64,000 nt of DNA. It comes from Phycisphaerae bacterium. GTDB lineage: Bacteria > Planctomycetota > Phycisphaerae > UBA1845 > Fen-1342. Below, one piece after another: positions 42,751 through 53,467 of the stretch. The stretch lies in assembly GCA_963675745.2 (NCBI GenBank), contig CAXXWX010000006.1, positions 96,001 to 160,000 on the forward strand. The letters are read 5' to 3'. The position numbers were made by a program, and so were the translations under genes. Positions within the stretch are counted from its first letter, which is position 1. Each line of letters opens with the position of its first letter. Below the pieces are notes generated by a model. The model ran no database searches. It saw nothing but the letters and a program-made list of their open reading frames with translations, and had not been told where the DNA came from.

Positions 42751-44352
42751 TCACACGGCGGATGGTGCCGCATCGGTGGCGTAATCCGGCATCTCCTCGA
42801 TCTGTGCGTAGTTCTTCTCGAACAGGTCAGCCAATTCGCGAGCCTTGGCATCATACTTATCGCCATTGTCCCACGTGTTACGCGGCGTGAGGAGGTTTTG
42901 GGGAACGTTGGGGCAGGCGCGCGGCATTTCGAGGTCGAAAACGGGATGGGTCTCATAGTTGACGGCGTCCAATGCGCCGGTCAACGCCGCGCGTATCATG
43001 GCGCGCGTATTGCGCAGCTTGATCCGGCTTCCGACGCCGAACGGGCCGCCGCTCCAGCCGGTGTTGACCAGCCAGACCTTGACGTTGTGGGCGTCGATTT
43101 TTGAGCCGAGCAGTTTGGCATAGATGCTAGGTCTCAGCGGGAGGAACGGCGCGCCGAAACACGACGAGAAAGTGGCCTGTGGTTCGCTGCCGAGGCCCGC
43201 CTCGGTGCCGGCGAGTTTGGCCGTATACCCGGAGAGGAAGTGATACATGGCCTGATCGCGTGTGAGCCGGGAAATTGGGGGCAGGACGCCGAAGGCATCG
43301 CAGGTCAGGAAGATGATGTTGTTTGGGTGGCCGCCGATGGATGGTTCGCAGGCGTTACTGATGTGGTGCAGCGGGTATGCGGCGCGGGTATTCTCGGTGA
43401 TGGAGTCATCGTCGAAGCAGATGGTGTGGGTGTATGGAGCGATGACGACGTTTTCGAGGACGGCCCCGAAACGGATGGCGTCAAAGATCTGTGGCTCGTC
43501 CTGGGTGGAGAGCCCGATAACCTTGGCGTAACAGCCACCCTCGAAGTTGAACACACCATCCGCGCCCCAGCCGTGCTCATCGTCGCCGATCAGGCGCCGG
43601 TCGGGATCAGCCGAGAGGGTTGTCTTGCCGGTCCCGCTGAGTCCGAAAAACAGCGTGACATCGCGCTCGTCGCTGATGTTGGCCGAGCAGTGCATCGGCA
43701 ACACGTCGCGGAACGGTAGCAAGTAGTTCAGCACCGTGAAGACCGACTTCTTGATTTCCCCGGCATAGCCCGTGCCGCCGATGAGCACCATTTTCTTCTC
43801 AAAGCTGAGCAGCACGAACGCCTCCGAGTTGACCCCATCGTGACGCGGAACGGCGCGGTAGTTGGGAGCGCATACGATCGTGAAGTCGGGCTCGAAGTCG
43901 GCGGTCGCACCCACTCCGGGCCGAATGAGGAGCTGCTTGGCGAAGAGGCTGTGCCAGGCCAGCTCCGTGATCACGCGGATTTTGAAGCGATGCGCAGGAT
44001 GCGCACCCGCATACATGTCCTGCACAAAGACATCCTGGTGGGCGAGGAAGCTGTACATGCGATCGCGCAAGGCGTCAAAAGAGGAGGCCTCAATAGCGCG
44101 GTTGACCTTGCCCCAGTGGATATTCGCCTCAGTGGCCGGCTCGCGCACCAGGAACTTGTCGTTTGGAGAGCGGCCCGTGCGCTCTCCCGTGCGGGTCACC
44201 AGCGCGCCGTTTACCGATAGGCGGCCCTCGCCGCGCGCCAGCGCCTGCTCCATCAGCGACGCGGGTGAGAGATTCCAGAAGGCGCGCCCCTGGTGCTCGA
44301 AGCCGATGGTCTCCAGGCCGTAGCGGCTGGGAAACAGCTCCTGCTCTTTCAT
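42751..44352 (-). CDS. pckA: Phosphoenolpyruvate carboxykinase (ATP)
   Basis: TGRSPNDK; YAGEIKK; MHCSAN; GLSGTGKTTLS; IGDDEHGW; EGGCYAK. Confidence 0.98.
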   Translation of the reverse strand: MKEQELFPSRYGLETIGFEHQGRAFWNLSPASLMEQALARGEGRLSVNGALVTRTGERTGRSPNDKFLVREPATEANIHWGKVNRAIEASSFDALRDRMYSFLAHQDVFVQDMYAGAHPAHRFKIRVITELAWHSLFAKQLLIRPGVGATADFEPDFTIVCAPNYRAVPRHDGVNSEAFVLLSFEKKMVLIGGTGYAGEIKKSVFTVLNYLLPFRDVLPMHCSANISDERDVTLFFGLSGTGKTTLSADPDRRLIGDDEHGWGADGVFNFEGGCYAKVIGLSTQDEPQIFDAIRFGAVLENVVIAPYTHTICFDDDSITENTRAAYPLHHISNACEPSIGGHPNNIIFLTCDAFGVLPPISRLTRDQAMYHFLSGYTAKLAGTEAGLGSEPQATFSSCFGAPFLPLRPSIYAKLLGSKIDAHNVKVWLVNTGWSGGPFGVGSRIKLRNTRAMIRAALTGALDAVNYETHPVFDLEMPRACPNVPQNLLTPRNTWDNGDKYDAKARELADLFEKNYAQIEEMPDYATDAAPSAV

Positions 44353-44541
44353 GTTGGCTCCTCTATTAACCGGGATTGATACCCGTTTGCCCAAACACCG
44401 CCCGCGGCCGGGGCCACCATCGGGAACCCGGCCTGAGACCGCATGCGTCGTCACCGACAGCTTTAACCCCGGTGTCCATCATGGGACCGCCGCGGATGTT
44501 CGATATTAGTCGTAGAAGCAGGAATGATCCGGAGACACTCT

Positions 44542-46638
44542 ATGGACCCGCTGGCCATTGGGTATGTTATCGGCGTGCGCGGCGACGAGACCGATGTGCA
44601 GGTCTCACGCGAAGATCTGCGCATTGATTACCACGGCATCACGTATCGAATCGGTCGCCTCGGCACCTACGTTACCATACCGATGGACCGCAAGCTGCTC
44701 GTCGGCTACGTGACGAGCGTCGGTACGCAAGGCGATCTCGAGCCGGGCCCAGACCCTGGCGCGCCGCGCCGTATCACGATGACGGTGCAGCTTCTCGGCA
44801 CCATCCAGAACGAGCAGTTCATCCGCGGGGTAAACGAGTATCCGACGATCGGCGATCCGGTGCGCCTCGGCGTCGATGAGGATTTCGAGCTGATCTTCGG
44901 GGCTTTTGACGCGCTCACAACGGGTGGTGACTACCCGAAGTCTTTTCCGATGGGACGCTTTGCCGTTGATACCGACTTCCAGGTGCGTGTGCTGGGCAAA
45001 GACTTCTTCAGCAAGCATGTCGCCGTAATGGGCAACAGCGGTTCAGGCAAGAGCGTCACAACCGCCAAGATTGTCCACGAGGCGCTCAAGCTCCCGCACT
45101 CGCAGGTGATCATTTTTGACATGCACGGCGAGTATCGGAACGCATTCTCCGATGATCAGGGCAACCCGAATCCAAACGTGACCTACCTCTCGGATAGAAA
45201 CCTCGTGATGCCGTATTGGATGCTGCGGTATGACGAGTTTGAAGAGCTGTTCCTCGACACAACCAATCCCATGAATATCAACGCGCAGAAAATCTTCCTA
45301 CGTTCGGCTTTTGAGAAGCTCAAACGGCCCGCCGCCGAGGAACTCGGGCTGGCCGCCGAATACACCGTTGACACGCCGGTGTATTACGGCATGGAGTCTC
45401 TCCAGATCTTCGCCGAGAACATGAACGATGCGCGTTTTGTGCTGAACACCGACACATACGCCTTTGCCCGTCTGCCGCAGCGTTCCCTGCCGGTTGAGGA
45501 ACAGGAAGCTCTGTTGATGGAACGGCGGATGGAGTTCAACCAGGGCAATCCTGAAGGCGAGCTGCCGCACGCAACGTACCACGGGGCCCTGCTGGGCCTG
45601 GTGAACCAGATCGAGACGCGGCTGAATGACCGCCGTTACGATTTCCTGCTCAAGCCATTTGAGCAGGCCAGCAAGAACGCGGAACTGTCGGGGCGCTTGA
45701 CCTGCGATCGCTCTCCCGGCGAGTTGAGCAAGAGCGTCAGTTGGGTGATTCGGCAGATGCTCGGGCGGCTGGATACGCGTAAGAACCTCACGATAGTCGA
45801 CCTTTCGGGCCTGCCGTTTGACGTGGTCGATATCACGGTGGCGGTTCTGACGCGAACGTTGTTTGACTTCAATTTCTGGTCTCCGCCCGACGTGCGTCGT
45901 CCCTTTGTGCTGTGCTACGAAGAGGCGCACAACTACCTGCCGCGCGATGCGCAGGGCCGGCGCACATACGCGCGCAACGCCGTCGAAAAGGTCGCGAAGG
46001 AGGGGCGTAAGTATGGAGTCTCGGCGATGGTGGTCTCGCAGCGGCCCAGTGAGATCTCCGAGACAATCCTGAGCCAGTGCAACACGATGGTACTGATGCG
46101 GATGAACAACCCCGATGACCAGGAATACGCCGCCCGAGTGGTTAGTGATCAGTTTCGCAGCCTGATCAGCATCCTGCCGAGCATGCGACCGGGTGAAGGT
46201 TTCATAATCGGCGATTCGGTGATGATGCCGATGCGTACGCTGATCGACATGCCGCCCAAGCTGCCGCGCAGTGGTGACGTGGACTTCTTCAAGGAGTGGT
46301 CGCGCGATATGTATGGCGGCGACGTCGAGGTGATTGTGGATCGCTGGTGGCGGCAGGATCGGTCGGCGTTGCACAGCGAGAGTGACGAGGTGGTGTCCGG
46401 CGAGCAGCGGACAACAGGCCCCAGCGCCGCCGATCAGGCACACGTGGAGGCCGGGGAGGCGCCAGACCACGCGGCGGAGCCCGGCTTCGTGTCGGAGGGG
46501 GGCCGGTCGGTTGCCCCGGCGGATGGTACACCCGCCCAGCCCGGTGGCGTTCCCAACGCGCCGCAGAAGAAACGCTCGCGCGCGGCGGAAAAACTCGCCG
46601 AACTGGCGGCGCTGTTTGATCGCGACACGCGCAGGTGA
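44542..46638 (+). CDS. HerA/FtsK-family ATPase (DUF87) with an N-terminal HAS-barrel-like region
   Basis: FIRGVNEYPTIGD; HVAVMGNSGSGKS; DMHGEY; EEAHNY; AKEGRKYG..SQRPSE..LSQCNT. Confidence 0.92.
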   Translation: MDPLAIGYVIGVRGDETDVQVSREDLRIDYHGITYRIGRLGTYVTIPMDRKLLVGYVTSVGTQGDLEPGPDPGAPRRITMTVQLLGTIQNEQFIRGVNEYPTIGDPVRLGVDEDFELIFGAFDALTTGGDYPKSFPMGRFAVDTDFQVRVLGKDFFSKHVAVMGNSGSGKSVTTAKIVHEALKLPHSQVIIFDMHGEYRNAFSDDQGNPNPNVTYLSDRNLVMPYWMLRYDEFEELFLDTTNPMNINAQKIFLRSAFEKLKRPAAEELGLAAEYTVDTPVYYGMESLQIFAENMNDARFVLNTDTYAFARLPQRSLPVEEQEALLMERRMEFNQGNPEGELPHATYHGALLGLVNQIETRLNDRRYDFLLKPFEQASKNAELSGRLTCDRSPGELSKSVSWVIRQMLGRLDTRKNLTIVDLSGLPFDVVDITVAVLTRTLFDFNFWSPPDVRRPFVLCYEEAHNYLPRDAQGRRTYARNAVEKVAKEGRKYGVSAMVVSQRPSEISETILSQCNTMVLMRMNNPDDQEYAARVVSDQFRSLISILPSMRPGEGFIIGDSVMMPMRTLIDMPPKLPRSGDVDFFKEWSRDMYGGDVEVIVDRWWRQDRSALHSESDEVVSGEQRTTGPSAADQAHVEAGEAPDHAAEPGFVSEGGRSVAPADGTPAQPGGVPNAPQKKRSRAAEKLAELAALFDRDTRR

Positions 46639-46683
46639 GCACGCGCCCGGATGGCAATCGCGCGCCAGCTCCGGGCAAGATCG

Positions 46684-49020
46684 TCACGTGATCTGCAACG
46701 GCCCATCCGGCAGAAGCGGGGTCTGCCCGGCTCCGAGTTCATCAGCGAGCGTAACGAACCGCACGCGCAATTGCTCAAACTCCGACACCAGATCGTCCGA
46801 CACCGCGTCCTTCAGTGCTTCGTCGTCGCGGGCCACAGCGTCCTTGCGCAGTTGGTTCAGGTACTTCTGCTGCACGATCAGCATACGTTCCGTCCAGAAG
46901 GCCGGCCGACGCGGTTCCGGTCCCGGCGCGTTCAGGCAAAACCACCGGCGGAGCGTGCCATAACGGTCGGCGCTCTCATCGGCGTGCAGGACCCTGGTCG
47001 TGCGCATCGATTCCAGCGCGCACCTGATTGATTTGAGCTGGATGGTGGCCAGCAGACGCAGATAGGACAGCACGTCCGCGAACAAGCGCTGACTGACCGA
47101 GCCATCGGGCGGACAGGTGAACACCGAATCGCCTTCACGCACTCGCACACGGGCGCGTGCCATCAGTGTCGCAACGTAGAAGAAGCGGCAACTCAGGTGT
47201 TGCAGCAACTGGCAGGCGCGATCGGTAAGCGTAACTTCGTCTGTCCCATCCAGCAGGATACCCTCTCGGATTCGGTAGTAATTGGTCGATTCGATCATTC
47301 CCGAGGGGCTCTGCGGCGAGACGATCATCATCCGGATCACCTCCAGCACGGTATCCTGCGGCAATCCGACCGCGCGGCAACGGCGAACCACCTCCGCGAC
47401 CCGCGCGCGGCCGGCTCTGTGACGATCCCACGAAAGGCCGCACAGCTTGAAGATCGCGGCGAGGATTATTTCGTGTCGAAAGCCATGTATCCACACCGGG
47501 CAGTCATCCACGACCTCCTCCTGACTATGCCGAATCTCCTCGGCGGCGCGCACCGGATTGCACAGATCAACCGCCTGCTCGATGTGCGCCGAGCGCGGCA
47601 GCCACTGGTAGAACAACGATTCAACCTGGAGTCGCCGATGTAGCGTCAGATCCTCGTCCGCGCCCAGTGGTTGCATCCCGTAGTTGGCGATCAGGTGCTC
47701 AACGAGATTTCCGGCGTTGACCAGCTTGTCGCGACCATTACCGTTGCCCAGCGCATCCAGCTCCCACCCGAGACGCAGGTACTCCTTGCGGCGGAGTTCG
47801 CAAATCATGCGTTCGATCATCCGCAGGCCATCCAGATTTAGGACGGTGCCGTCGGACATCTGGATGGGCTCGCCGCTCTCCGCCCGTCTTCTGACGTATT
47901 CGCAGCGCCGGCGCACCATGGCGGCATCGAAGCTGCGCCACGTGAACACTTGTGTTCCTCTACGGGCCAGGCCATCGGCGTCGCGTGTGTTGAACCTCAG
48001 CCACTCGAGCACTCGGGCCTCCTCGTCCGGTGGCAGGGCGTGGCGGCTGGCATCATCTGAATTGACCATTCCCACGTTGACCGAGTTGGCGTCCTCGCGC
48101 TGGACGTCGAAGTCGGCCACCTCATCACCCGTCTGTCGGCGCGCATCCTCGACGTAGCGTTGCTTGTTCTCCGGCCGCACGGCCGCCACGAGCGTAACGG
48201 ATGCTTGCAGGCGGTCGATCCAGATCAGCATCCACTGGCACAAGTTGGCGCGCAGCCCAAGGCACCAGATCGAGTCGAGGTTGTCCAGGTGGACGATGAT
48301 CGGCTTGTCAAAGACCGCCGTGTTCGGCAGGCGCGGCAGTGCGTACAACAGGTCATCCAGGCGCAACGCGTCGACGAAGGCCAGGATCTGTGCTTCGTGA
48401 GGCCCGCCACGCTCCCGGACCTGTGCGGTCAGCCAGGCCTGGAAGTGTGCATCGTCCGAGCCCTCGGTGGCGGCCGCGCTCCCGCCGAAACGATTGCGCA
48501 GCGCCCGGCGCGCCGCAGCCCCATCCTCGGACAGCATATGGTCGCTGACGGCCAGCACCGGCAAGAGATGGCGGGCCTCGATTCGGTGAAACTCCATCAC
48601 CGCCTCGAGTTTTTGGCGCAGGTTGCTCGTCAGCCAATCGGCGCAGGCCGAGAAGGAACGCGTGCGCGAGAGGCTCTCTTGCTTGAGGCGTCTGAAGTCC
48701 ATGCTGAGGACCACGCGACCGTTCTTCTGCAAGTCGCGGAGCACATAACGCACGAACGTTGTCTTGCCGGTGCCGACGCTTCCGGAGATCCAGATGATCG
48801 GCTTACCGGCGACGATGTGGCTGCGGATTTCGTCGCGCAGTGCGGGCAGGTCTACGTACAGGCCTGTGCCCTCTTCGCCCTCGTTGTCCTCGTAGAAGCC
48901 GTCGCTGCTTAATCCCAATGTGCGTGCCACAGTCCAGAGGGGGTGTGATTCAGCCATGTCCACGCCATAGCCATTGACAGCCTCGACGGCGCGGAACTCG
49001 TTGTGGTGCCTTGCGCACAT
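46684..49020 (-). CDS. Large hypothetical P-loop NTPase
   Basis: Walker A GSVGTGKT; Walker B-like IIVHLDNLD; LVAAVRP; RBS GGAGG; long uncharacterised C-terminus. Confidence 0.8.
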   Translation of the reverse strand: MCARHHNEFRAVEAVNGYGVDMAESHPLWTVARTLGLSSDGFYEDNEGEEGTGLYVDLPALRDEIRSHIVAGKPIIWISGSVGTGKTTFVRYVLRDLQKNGRVVLSMDFRRLKQESLSRTRSFSACADWLTSNLRQKLEAVMEFHRIEARHLLPVLAVSDHMLSEDGAAARRALRNRFGGSAAATEGSDDAHFQAWLTAQVRERGGPHEAQILAFVDALRLDDLLYALPRLPNTAVFDKPIIVHLDNLDSIWCLGLRANLCQWMLIWIDRLQASVTLVAAVRPENKQRYVEDARRQTGDEVADFDVQREDANSVNVGMVNSDDASRHALPPDEEARVLEWLRFNTRDADGLARRGTQVFTWRSFDAAMVRRRCEYVRRRAESGEPIQMSDGTVLNLDGLRMIERMICELRRKEYLRLGWELDALGNGNGRDKLVNAGNLVEHLIANYGMQPLGADEDLTLHRRLQVESLFYQWLPRSAHIEQAVDLCNPVRAAEEIRHSQEEVVDDCPVWIHGFRHEIILAAIFKLCGLSWDRHRAGRARVAEVVRRCRAVGLPQDTVLEVIRMMIVSPQSPSGMIESTNYYRIREGILLDGTDEVTLTDRACQLLQHLSCRFFYVATLMARARVRVREGDSVFTCPPDGSVSQRLFADVLSYLRLLATIQLKSIRCALESMRTTRVLHADESADRYGTLRRWFCLNAPGPEPRRPAFWTERMLIVQQKYLNQLRKDAVARDDEALKDAVSDDLVSEFEQLRVRFVTLADELGAGQTPLLPDGPLQIT

Positions 49021-49168
49021 AATCTGGCCTCCCGTGCGAACATGCCGCTACGGCATGTGCCCGATCCCGCCGGCGCGCGCCCGCCATTCGTGCGCACTGC
49101 CCGTGACATTCATCCTATGATTCGCCGATACAGGTGTTTGCCCCCAAAGCCGCCGGTGCGGCGTCGAC

Positions 49169-49654
49169 CTACTTCTCGCCCAGCGAGCGGCGGTGGCGGA
49201 AAAACTCGCGCAGCAGTTCGGCGCATGGCTCAGCCAATACGCCGCCAACTGTTTCCGCGCGGTGATTGAGGCGGGGATCGTCGGTGATCTCGAAGAGCGA
49301 GCCGCAGGCCCCGCCCTTTTCATCCGCGGCGCCGTACACGACCCGGGGAATGCGTGCGAGGACGATCGCGCCGGCGCACATCGCGCACGGCTCCAGCGTG
49401 ACGTACAGCGTGCAATCGGCGAGCCGCCAGTGGCCGATGTGGTCGGCGGCGGCAGTGATAGCGATGATCTCGGCGTGGGCGGTCGGGTCTTGAAGGTGTT
49501 CACGCTGGTTGTAGCCACGCCCGATGATGTGGCCATCAAGCACGACCAGCGCCCCGACCGGCACGTCCTCCGACTCCAGGGCCCGCGCCGCCAAATCCAG
49601 CGCCTGTCGCATGAATCTCCGATCCACCTCGTCCTGGTGCATTCCGGGGAACAT
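49169..49654 (-). CDS. tadA: tRNA adenosine(34) deaminase
   Basis: [28 protein letters not shown]. Confidence 0.96.
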   Translation of the reverse strand: MFPGMHQDEVDRRFMRQALDLAARALESEDVPVGALVVLDGHIIGRGYNQREHLQDPTAHAEIIAITAAADHIGHWRLADCTLYVTLEPCAMCAGAIVLARIPRVVYGAADEKGGACGSLFEITDDPRLNHRAETVGGVLAEPCAELLREFFRHRRSLGEK

Positions 49655-49716
49655 CGCCGCTCCTGTTGTGCTGGATTGTCCGGCGTTTATTATGCAGGCA
49701 GAATCGGAGTAGTGAC

Positions 49717-50316
49717 ATGCCTGACGAGGTCTTGCTCAAACTGTCGCTCGAGAGGTTTCTGGACCGTCTCGCTTCTGATGTTCCGACGCCCGGGGGTGGG
49801 AGCGTGGCAGCCCTGGTTGGAGCACTTGCCGCGGGACTGGGACAAATGTCCTGCGCGTTCACAGTCGGGCGCAGAAGATTCGCCGCGGTCGAGGCGCAGG
49901 TGCGTGAGGTCGCGCTGCGTCTTGAACGCATTGGCAACATGCTGCGCCGCCTGATCGATGAGGACTCCCAGGCCTACGCGGATTTGACGGCGGCCTTTCA
50001 ATTGGACAAGGCGGATCCCCGGCGCGAAACACGCGTCGCACTCGCGGCCAGCGTTGCGGCCGGCGTGCCTTTTCAAACCGCCGCCCTCAGTCGCCAGGTT
50101 TGTCTCGATCTCGAACGGCTGATCGAGGTCGCCAATCCGCGGCTCAAGTCCGACGTTGAGGCCGGTATCAGCCTGGCGCGATCGGCGTTTGAAGCCGCCG
50201 TCGCCAACGTGCGCATCAATCTGCCCTACATGAACTCCGAGGATTCCGGACGGATGGAGCGAGAGCTTTCGCGATTGCTTAGTGGCGAATGCCCGCCCGG
50301 TCCGGCTGGTGTGTAG
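49717..50316 (+). CDS. Cyclodeaminase/cyclohydrolase (FTCD C-terminal domain family)
   Basis: [32 protein letters not shown]. Confidence 0.9.
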   Translation: MPDEVLLKLSLERFLDRLASDVPTPGGGSVAALVGALAAGLGQMSCAFTVGRRRFAAVEAQVREVALRLERIGNMLRRLIDEDSQAYADLTAAFQLDKADPRRETRVALAASVAAGVPFQTAALSRQVCLDLERLIEVANPRLKSDVEAGISLARSAFEAAVANVRINLPYMNSEDSGRMERELSRLLSGECPPGPAGV

Positions 50317-50335
50317 ACAACTCCCCGCGATCACA

Positions 50336-51868
50336 TCAAGTTGCTGCCGACGCCGACGTGGCACGCCGCGCTGGAAGCCAGAGCGGGTAGAGCGTTTGCA
50401 GGGCCACGTAGAGATATCCGACGACGAAGAGCAGCAGAAACGGCAGGGCGCCGAAGATTCGCTCGACCCACATGTCGTGGCGCGAGTAGATGACGAGGAA
50501 TCCGACGAGCTGCAACCCGAGGGCGAGCTCGACCCACGCTTGCCACGCGGCGCGCCCGCGGAATCCGTGCAACCGTCGGCGCCAGCCCTGTCGGCGCTGG
50601 AGTGCGGCGTCGCCGAATTTGGGTGTGCGGACGAATTCGCTCTGCTGTCCCGCCAGGCCCTCGATGGCGGCGATTGCGTTGTTCAGGGCAATCCCAATAC
50701 CGATCGCCATCAACGCCGGCACGAAGCGCAAGCTGTCCCACCAGCTCCTGGTAAGCTCGCGCTGGCTGCACACGTAGAAGCTCAATGCCGACCCTGTGCC
50801 GACAAAAAACAACAACATTTCCAGGCACCATTGCCAGGCGGGGTTGTACTCGGGCAAGACGACCTTGGCGTACAGGGCCGGCCCGAGCAGCAATGAGAGC
50901 AGCACCATCAGGATGTATACGACCCAACTGGTCAGGTGAAAGAACGCCTCCACCTTGACGCGGAACGGCCCCGGGCTGGCGAAGACCTTGGGCAGCAGTT
51001 TCAGGCAGGTCTGCACGCCGCCCTTGGTCCAGCGGTGTTGTTGTGCCTTGAAGGCGTTGATCTCGGGGGGCAGTTCGGCGGGTGCCGCGAGCCCCGGCAG
51101 AAACAAGAACCGCCAGCCGCGCAACTGTGCCCGATACGACAGGTCGAGATCTTCGGTGAGTGTGTCGTGCTGCCAGCCGCCGGCATCGATAATCGCCGAC
51201 TTGCGCCAGATTCCGGCCGTTCCGTTGAAACTCATGTAGCGGCCGGTGCGATTGCGTGCCGTGTGCTCGACGACAAAGTGGCCATCGAGCAAAATCGCCT
51301 GGGCCTGGGTCAGCAGTGACGTGCCCCGGTTCAGGTGTTCCCAGCGGCATTGTACCATGCCGATGCGCTCATCGGTGAACTGGTGGATCGTGTCCTGAAG
51401 CACATTTGCCGGTGGCAGGAAGTCGGCGTCGAAAATGACGATAAACTCGCCCCGGGCTCGTTTCAGGCCCGCTTCGAGGGCGCCGGCCTTGTAGCCCGTG
51501 CGGTCATCCCGATGCACGTATTCGACGTTGTGACCGGCGGCCCGCATGCGCGTGACCGCGTCGAGCGCTATCTGGCGCGTTTCGTCGGTTGAATCGTCCA
51601 ATACCTGAATATCGAGCAAATTTCGGGGATAATCGATGCGGCAGGCCTGCTCAATGATCCGGCGCGCCACGTAGCGCTCGTTGAACATCGGGAGCTGGAC
51701 GGTGACACGCGGAAGCTGCGCGAACCGCCGGTCTGGTTCGAGGGCGCGTCCACGCACGCGATAGTACAGCAGCACGAGTGCGTAGCGGTGGAGGCCGTAG
51801 ACACACAGCAAGCTCAGTACGACCAGATAGGCGAGCAGTGCGGCGCGAAGGGCCGGCTCAAAAGTCAT
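50336..51868 (-). CDS. Family 2 membrane glycosyltransferase (cellulose synthase-like)
   Basis: QLPMFNE; DDS; KAGAL; FDADF; TEDLD; QQHRW. Confidence 0.93.
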   Translation of the reverse strand: MTFEPALRAALLAYLVVLSLLCVYGLHRYALVLLYYRVRGRALEPDRRFAQLPRVTVQLPMFNERYVARRIIEQACRIDYPRNLLDIQVLDDSTDETRQIALDAVTRMRAAGHNVEYVHRDDRTGYKAGALEAGLKRARGEFIVIFDADFLPPANVLQDTIHQFTDERIGMVQCRWEHLNRGTSLLTQAQAILLDGHFVVEHTARNRTGRYMSFNGTAGIWRKSAIIDAGGWQHDTLTEDLDLSYRAQLRGWRFLFLPGLAAPAELPPEINAFKAQQHRWTKGGVQTCLKLLPKVFASPGPFRVKVEAFFHLTSWVVYILMVLLSLLLGPALYAKVVLPEYNPAWQWCLEMLLFFVGTGSALSFYVCSQRELTRSWWDSLRFVPALMAIGIGIALNNAIAAIEGLAGQQSEFVRTPKFGDAALQRRQGWRRRLHGFRGRAAWQAWVELALGLQLVGFLVIYSRHDMWVERIFGALPFLLLFVVGYLYVALQTLYPLWLPARRATSASAAT

Positions 51869-52067
51869 GGCTGAACACTCCAGCCGCCGGTATGATTAAG
51901 GGTTAGCTACCCGCAAACCTCGCATGCTATGGACGAGGTATGGGGGTGTCAATGTGAGGGAGCGTGTTTTGGCCATGCATCGTGGCGTGGCGTACGCTCC
52001 GCCCCCGCGCCGTAGAGCTGTCAAAGATGTGACGGTCCGGCGCGTTTGCAGATTGGAGAGATGACTT

Positions 52068-53129
52068 TTGAGGACCAAATCACCAGTAACGGACAACGCT
52101 GCGCGCGCCGCCCGCAGTCGCGACATCGCCGAGTTTGCGAGCAAGTACCTGGCCGGCGAGAACGATGACCTGTTCCAGGACATGCTCGTCACCGTTTGCC
52201 GGCTGGCAAACGACGGCACCGATCGCGGGTCCGTCAAGTTGCTGCACAAGGCACTGGCCGAATTGCGCTACGCGTTCAAGGTCTTTGCGCCGTACAAAGA
52301 GGTGCGAAAGATCAGCATCTTCGGTTCGTCACGGACGGCGACAGATGATCCCGACTACCAGGCCGCGGTGGCGTTTGGCCGGCGAATTCACGAAGTGGGC
52401 TGGATGGTCATAACCGGCGCCGGCGGCGGTATCATGCAGGCCGGGCACGATGGCGCGGGGGCCAAGGCCAGCTTTGGTGTCGCCATCAGATTGCCCTTTG
52501 AGCAAAGAACCAACGACGTCATCGCCGATGACGATAAGCTCATGAACTTCCGCTACTTCTTCACGCGCAAACTGATGTTTCTGAAAGAAGCGTCGGCGGT
52601 GGCGTTGTTCCCCGGCGGGTTCGGCACGCAGGATGAGGGGTTTGAGGCCATGACGCTGATCCAGACCGGCAAGGCGCCGCTGGTCCCGATCGTGCTCCTC
52701 GAAAGGCCGGGCGGAACCTACTGGCTTCAGTGGCGGGCTTATGTCAAGTCCGAGCTGCTCACCGCCGGAATGATCGACCCGGAAGACATGGATCTCGTCT
52801 ATATCACCGATGACGTGGAGGCGGGGGTCCGTGAGGTTGTTCAGTTTTATCGCGTGTATCACTCGATGCGTTTTGTGGATGAAGACCTGGTGCTGCGTTT
52901 GCAGCGACCGTTGGCCGCGGAGACGGTCGAGCGGCTCAATGACGAATATGGCTCGCTTGTAGCCGCCGGACGTATTGAGCAATGCGGGCCGCTGCCGGCC
53001 GAGGGGGATGAGTATGCCGACAAGCCGCGGCTCAAACTCAGGTTCGACCGCAGAAGCTGCGGGAGATTGCGGCAGATGATCAACCTGATCAACAAGGAGC
53101 CGGATGCCAATCAAGGTGTTTGCGGCTGA
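52068..53129 (+). CDS. LOG-family nucleotide phosphoribohydrolase
   Basis: IFGSSR; TGAGGGIM; YFFTRK; PGGFGTQDE. Confidence 0.92.
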   Translation: MRTKSPVTDNAARAARSRDIAEFASKYLAGENDDLFQDMLVTVCRLANDGTDRGSVKLLHKALAELRYAFKVFAPYKEVRKISIFGSSRTATDDPDYQAAVAFGRRIHEVGWMVITGAGGGIMQAGHDGAGAKASFGVAIRLPFEQRTNDVIADDDKLMNFRYFFTRKLMFLKEASAVALFPGGFGTQDEGFEAMTLIQTGKAPLVPIVLLERPGGTYWLQWRAYVKSELLTAGMIDPEDMDLVYITDDVEAGVREVVQFYRVYHSMRFVDEDLVLRLQRPLAAETVERLNDEYGSLVAAGRIEQCGPLPAEGDEYADKPRLKLRFDRRSCGRLRQMINLINKEPDANQGVCG

Positions 53130-53467
53130 GCGTCGTACCCATGAAGTCCCCGGCAGCGCGGCTGCCGGGGCGGCTACAACCAGGGAAACCCCGGAAAACA
53201 AGCGGTCAAACGGCCGGGGAGCCCCGAAGACCCGAAAAATAAAGGCGAAAACGCCCTGTTTTACCAAACGGGTCTTGACGATTCTGAAGAAGCGTGCAAC
53301 TTAATAACGCAGAAATCGACGATCGGCGCGGTCGAGTGCTCTTGCGGCGTGCAGGACCGGTCGCGTCGGTGTGGTTTCGTGCGGGATTCTGCCTGACAAG
53401 GCAGCCGAGGTCACGTCCCTTGGACGGCGCGATGGGTTCCCATCCCGCTCATGGAGGATAAAACACA

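Noticed and set aside
44542..49654. Prophage or integrative element around HerA and the NTPase
   Set aside because: No integrase, transposase, att-like repeat or phage gene was seen.
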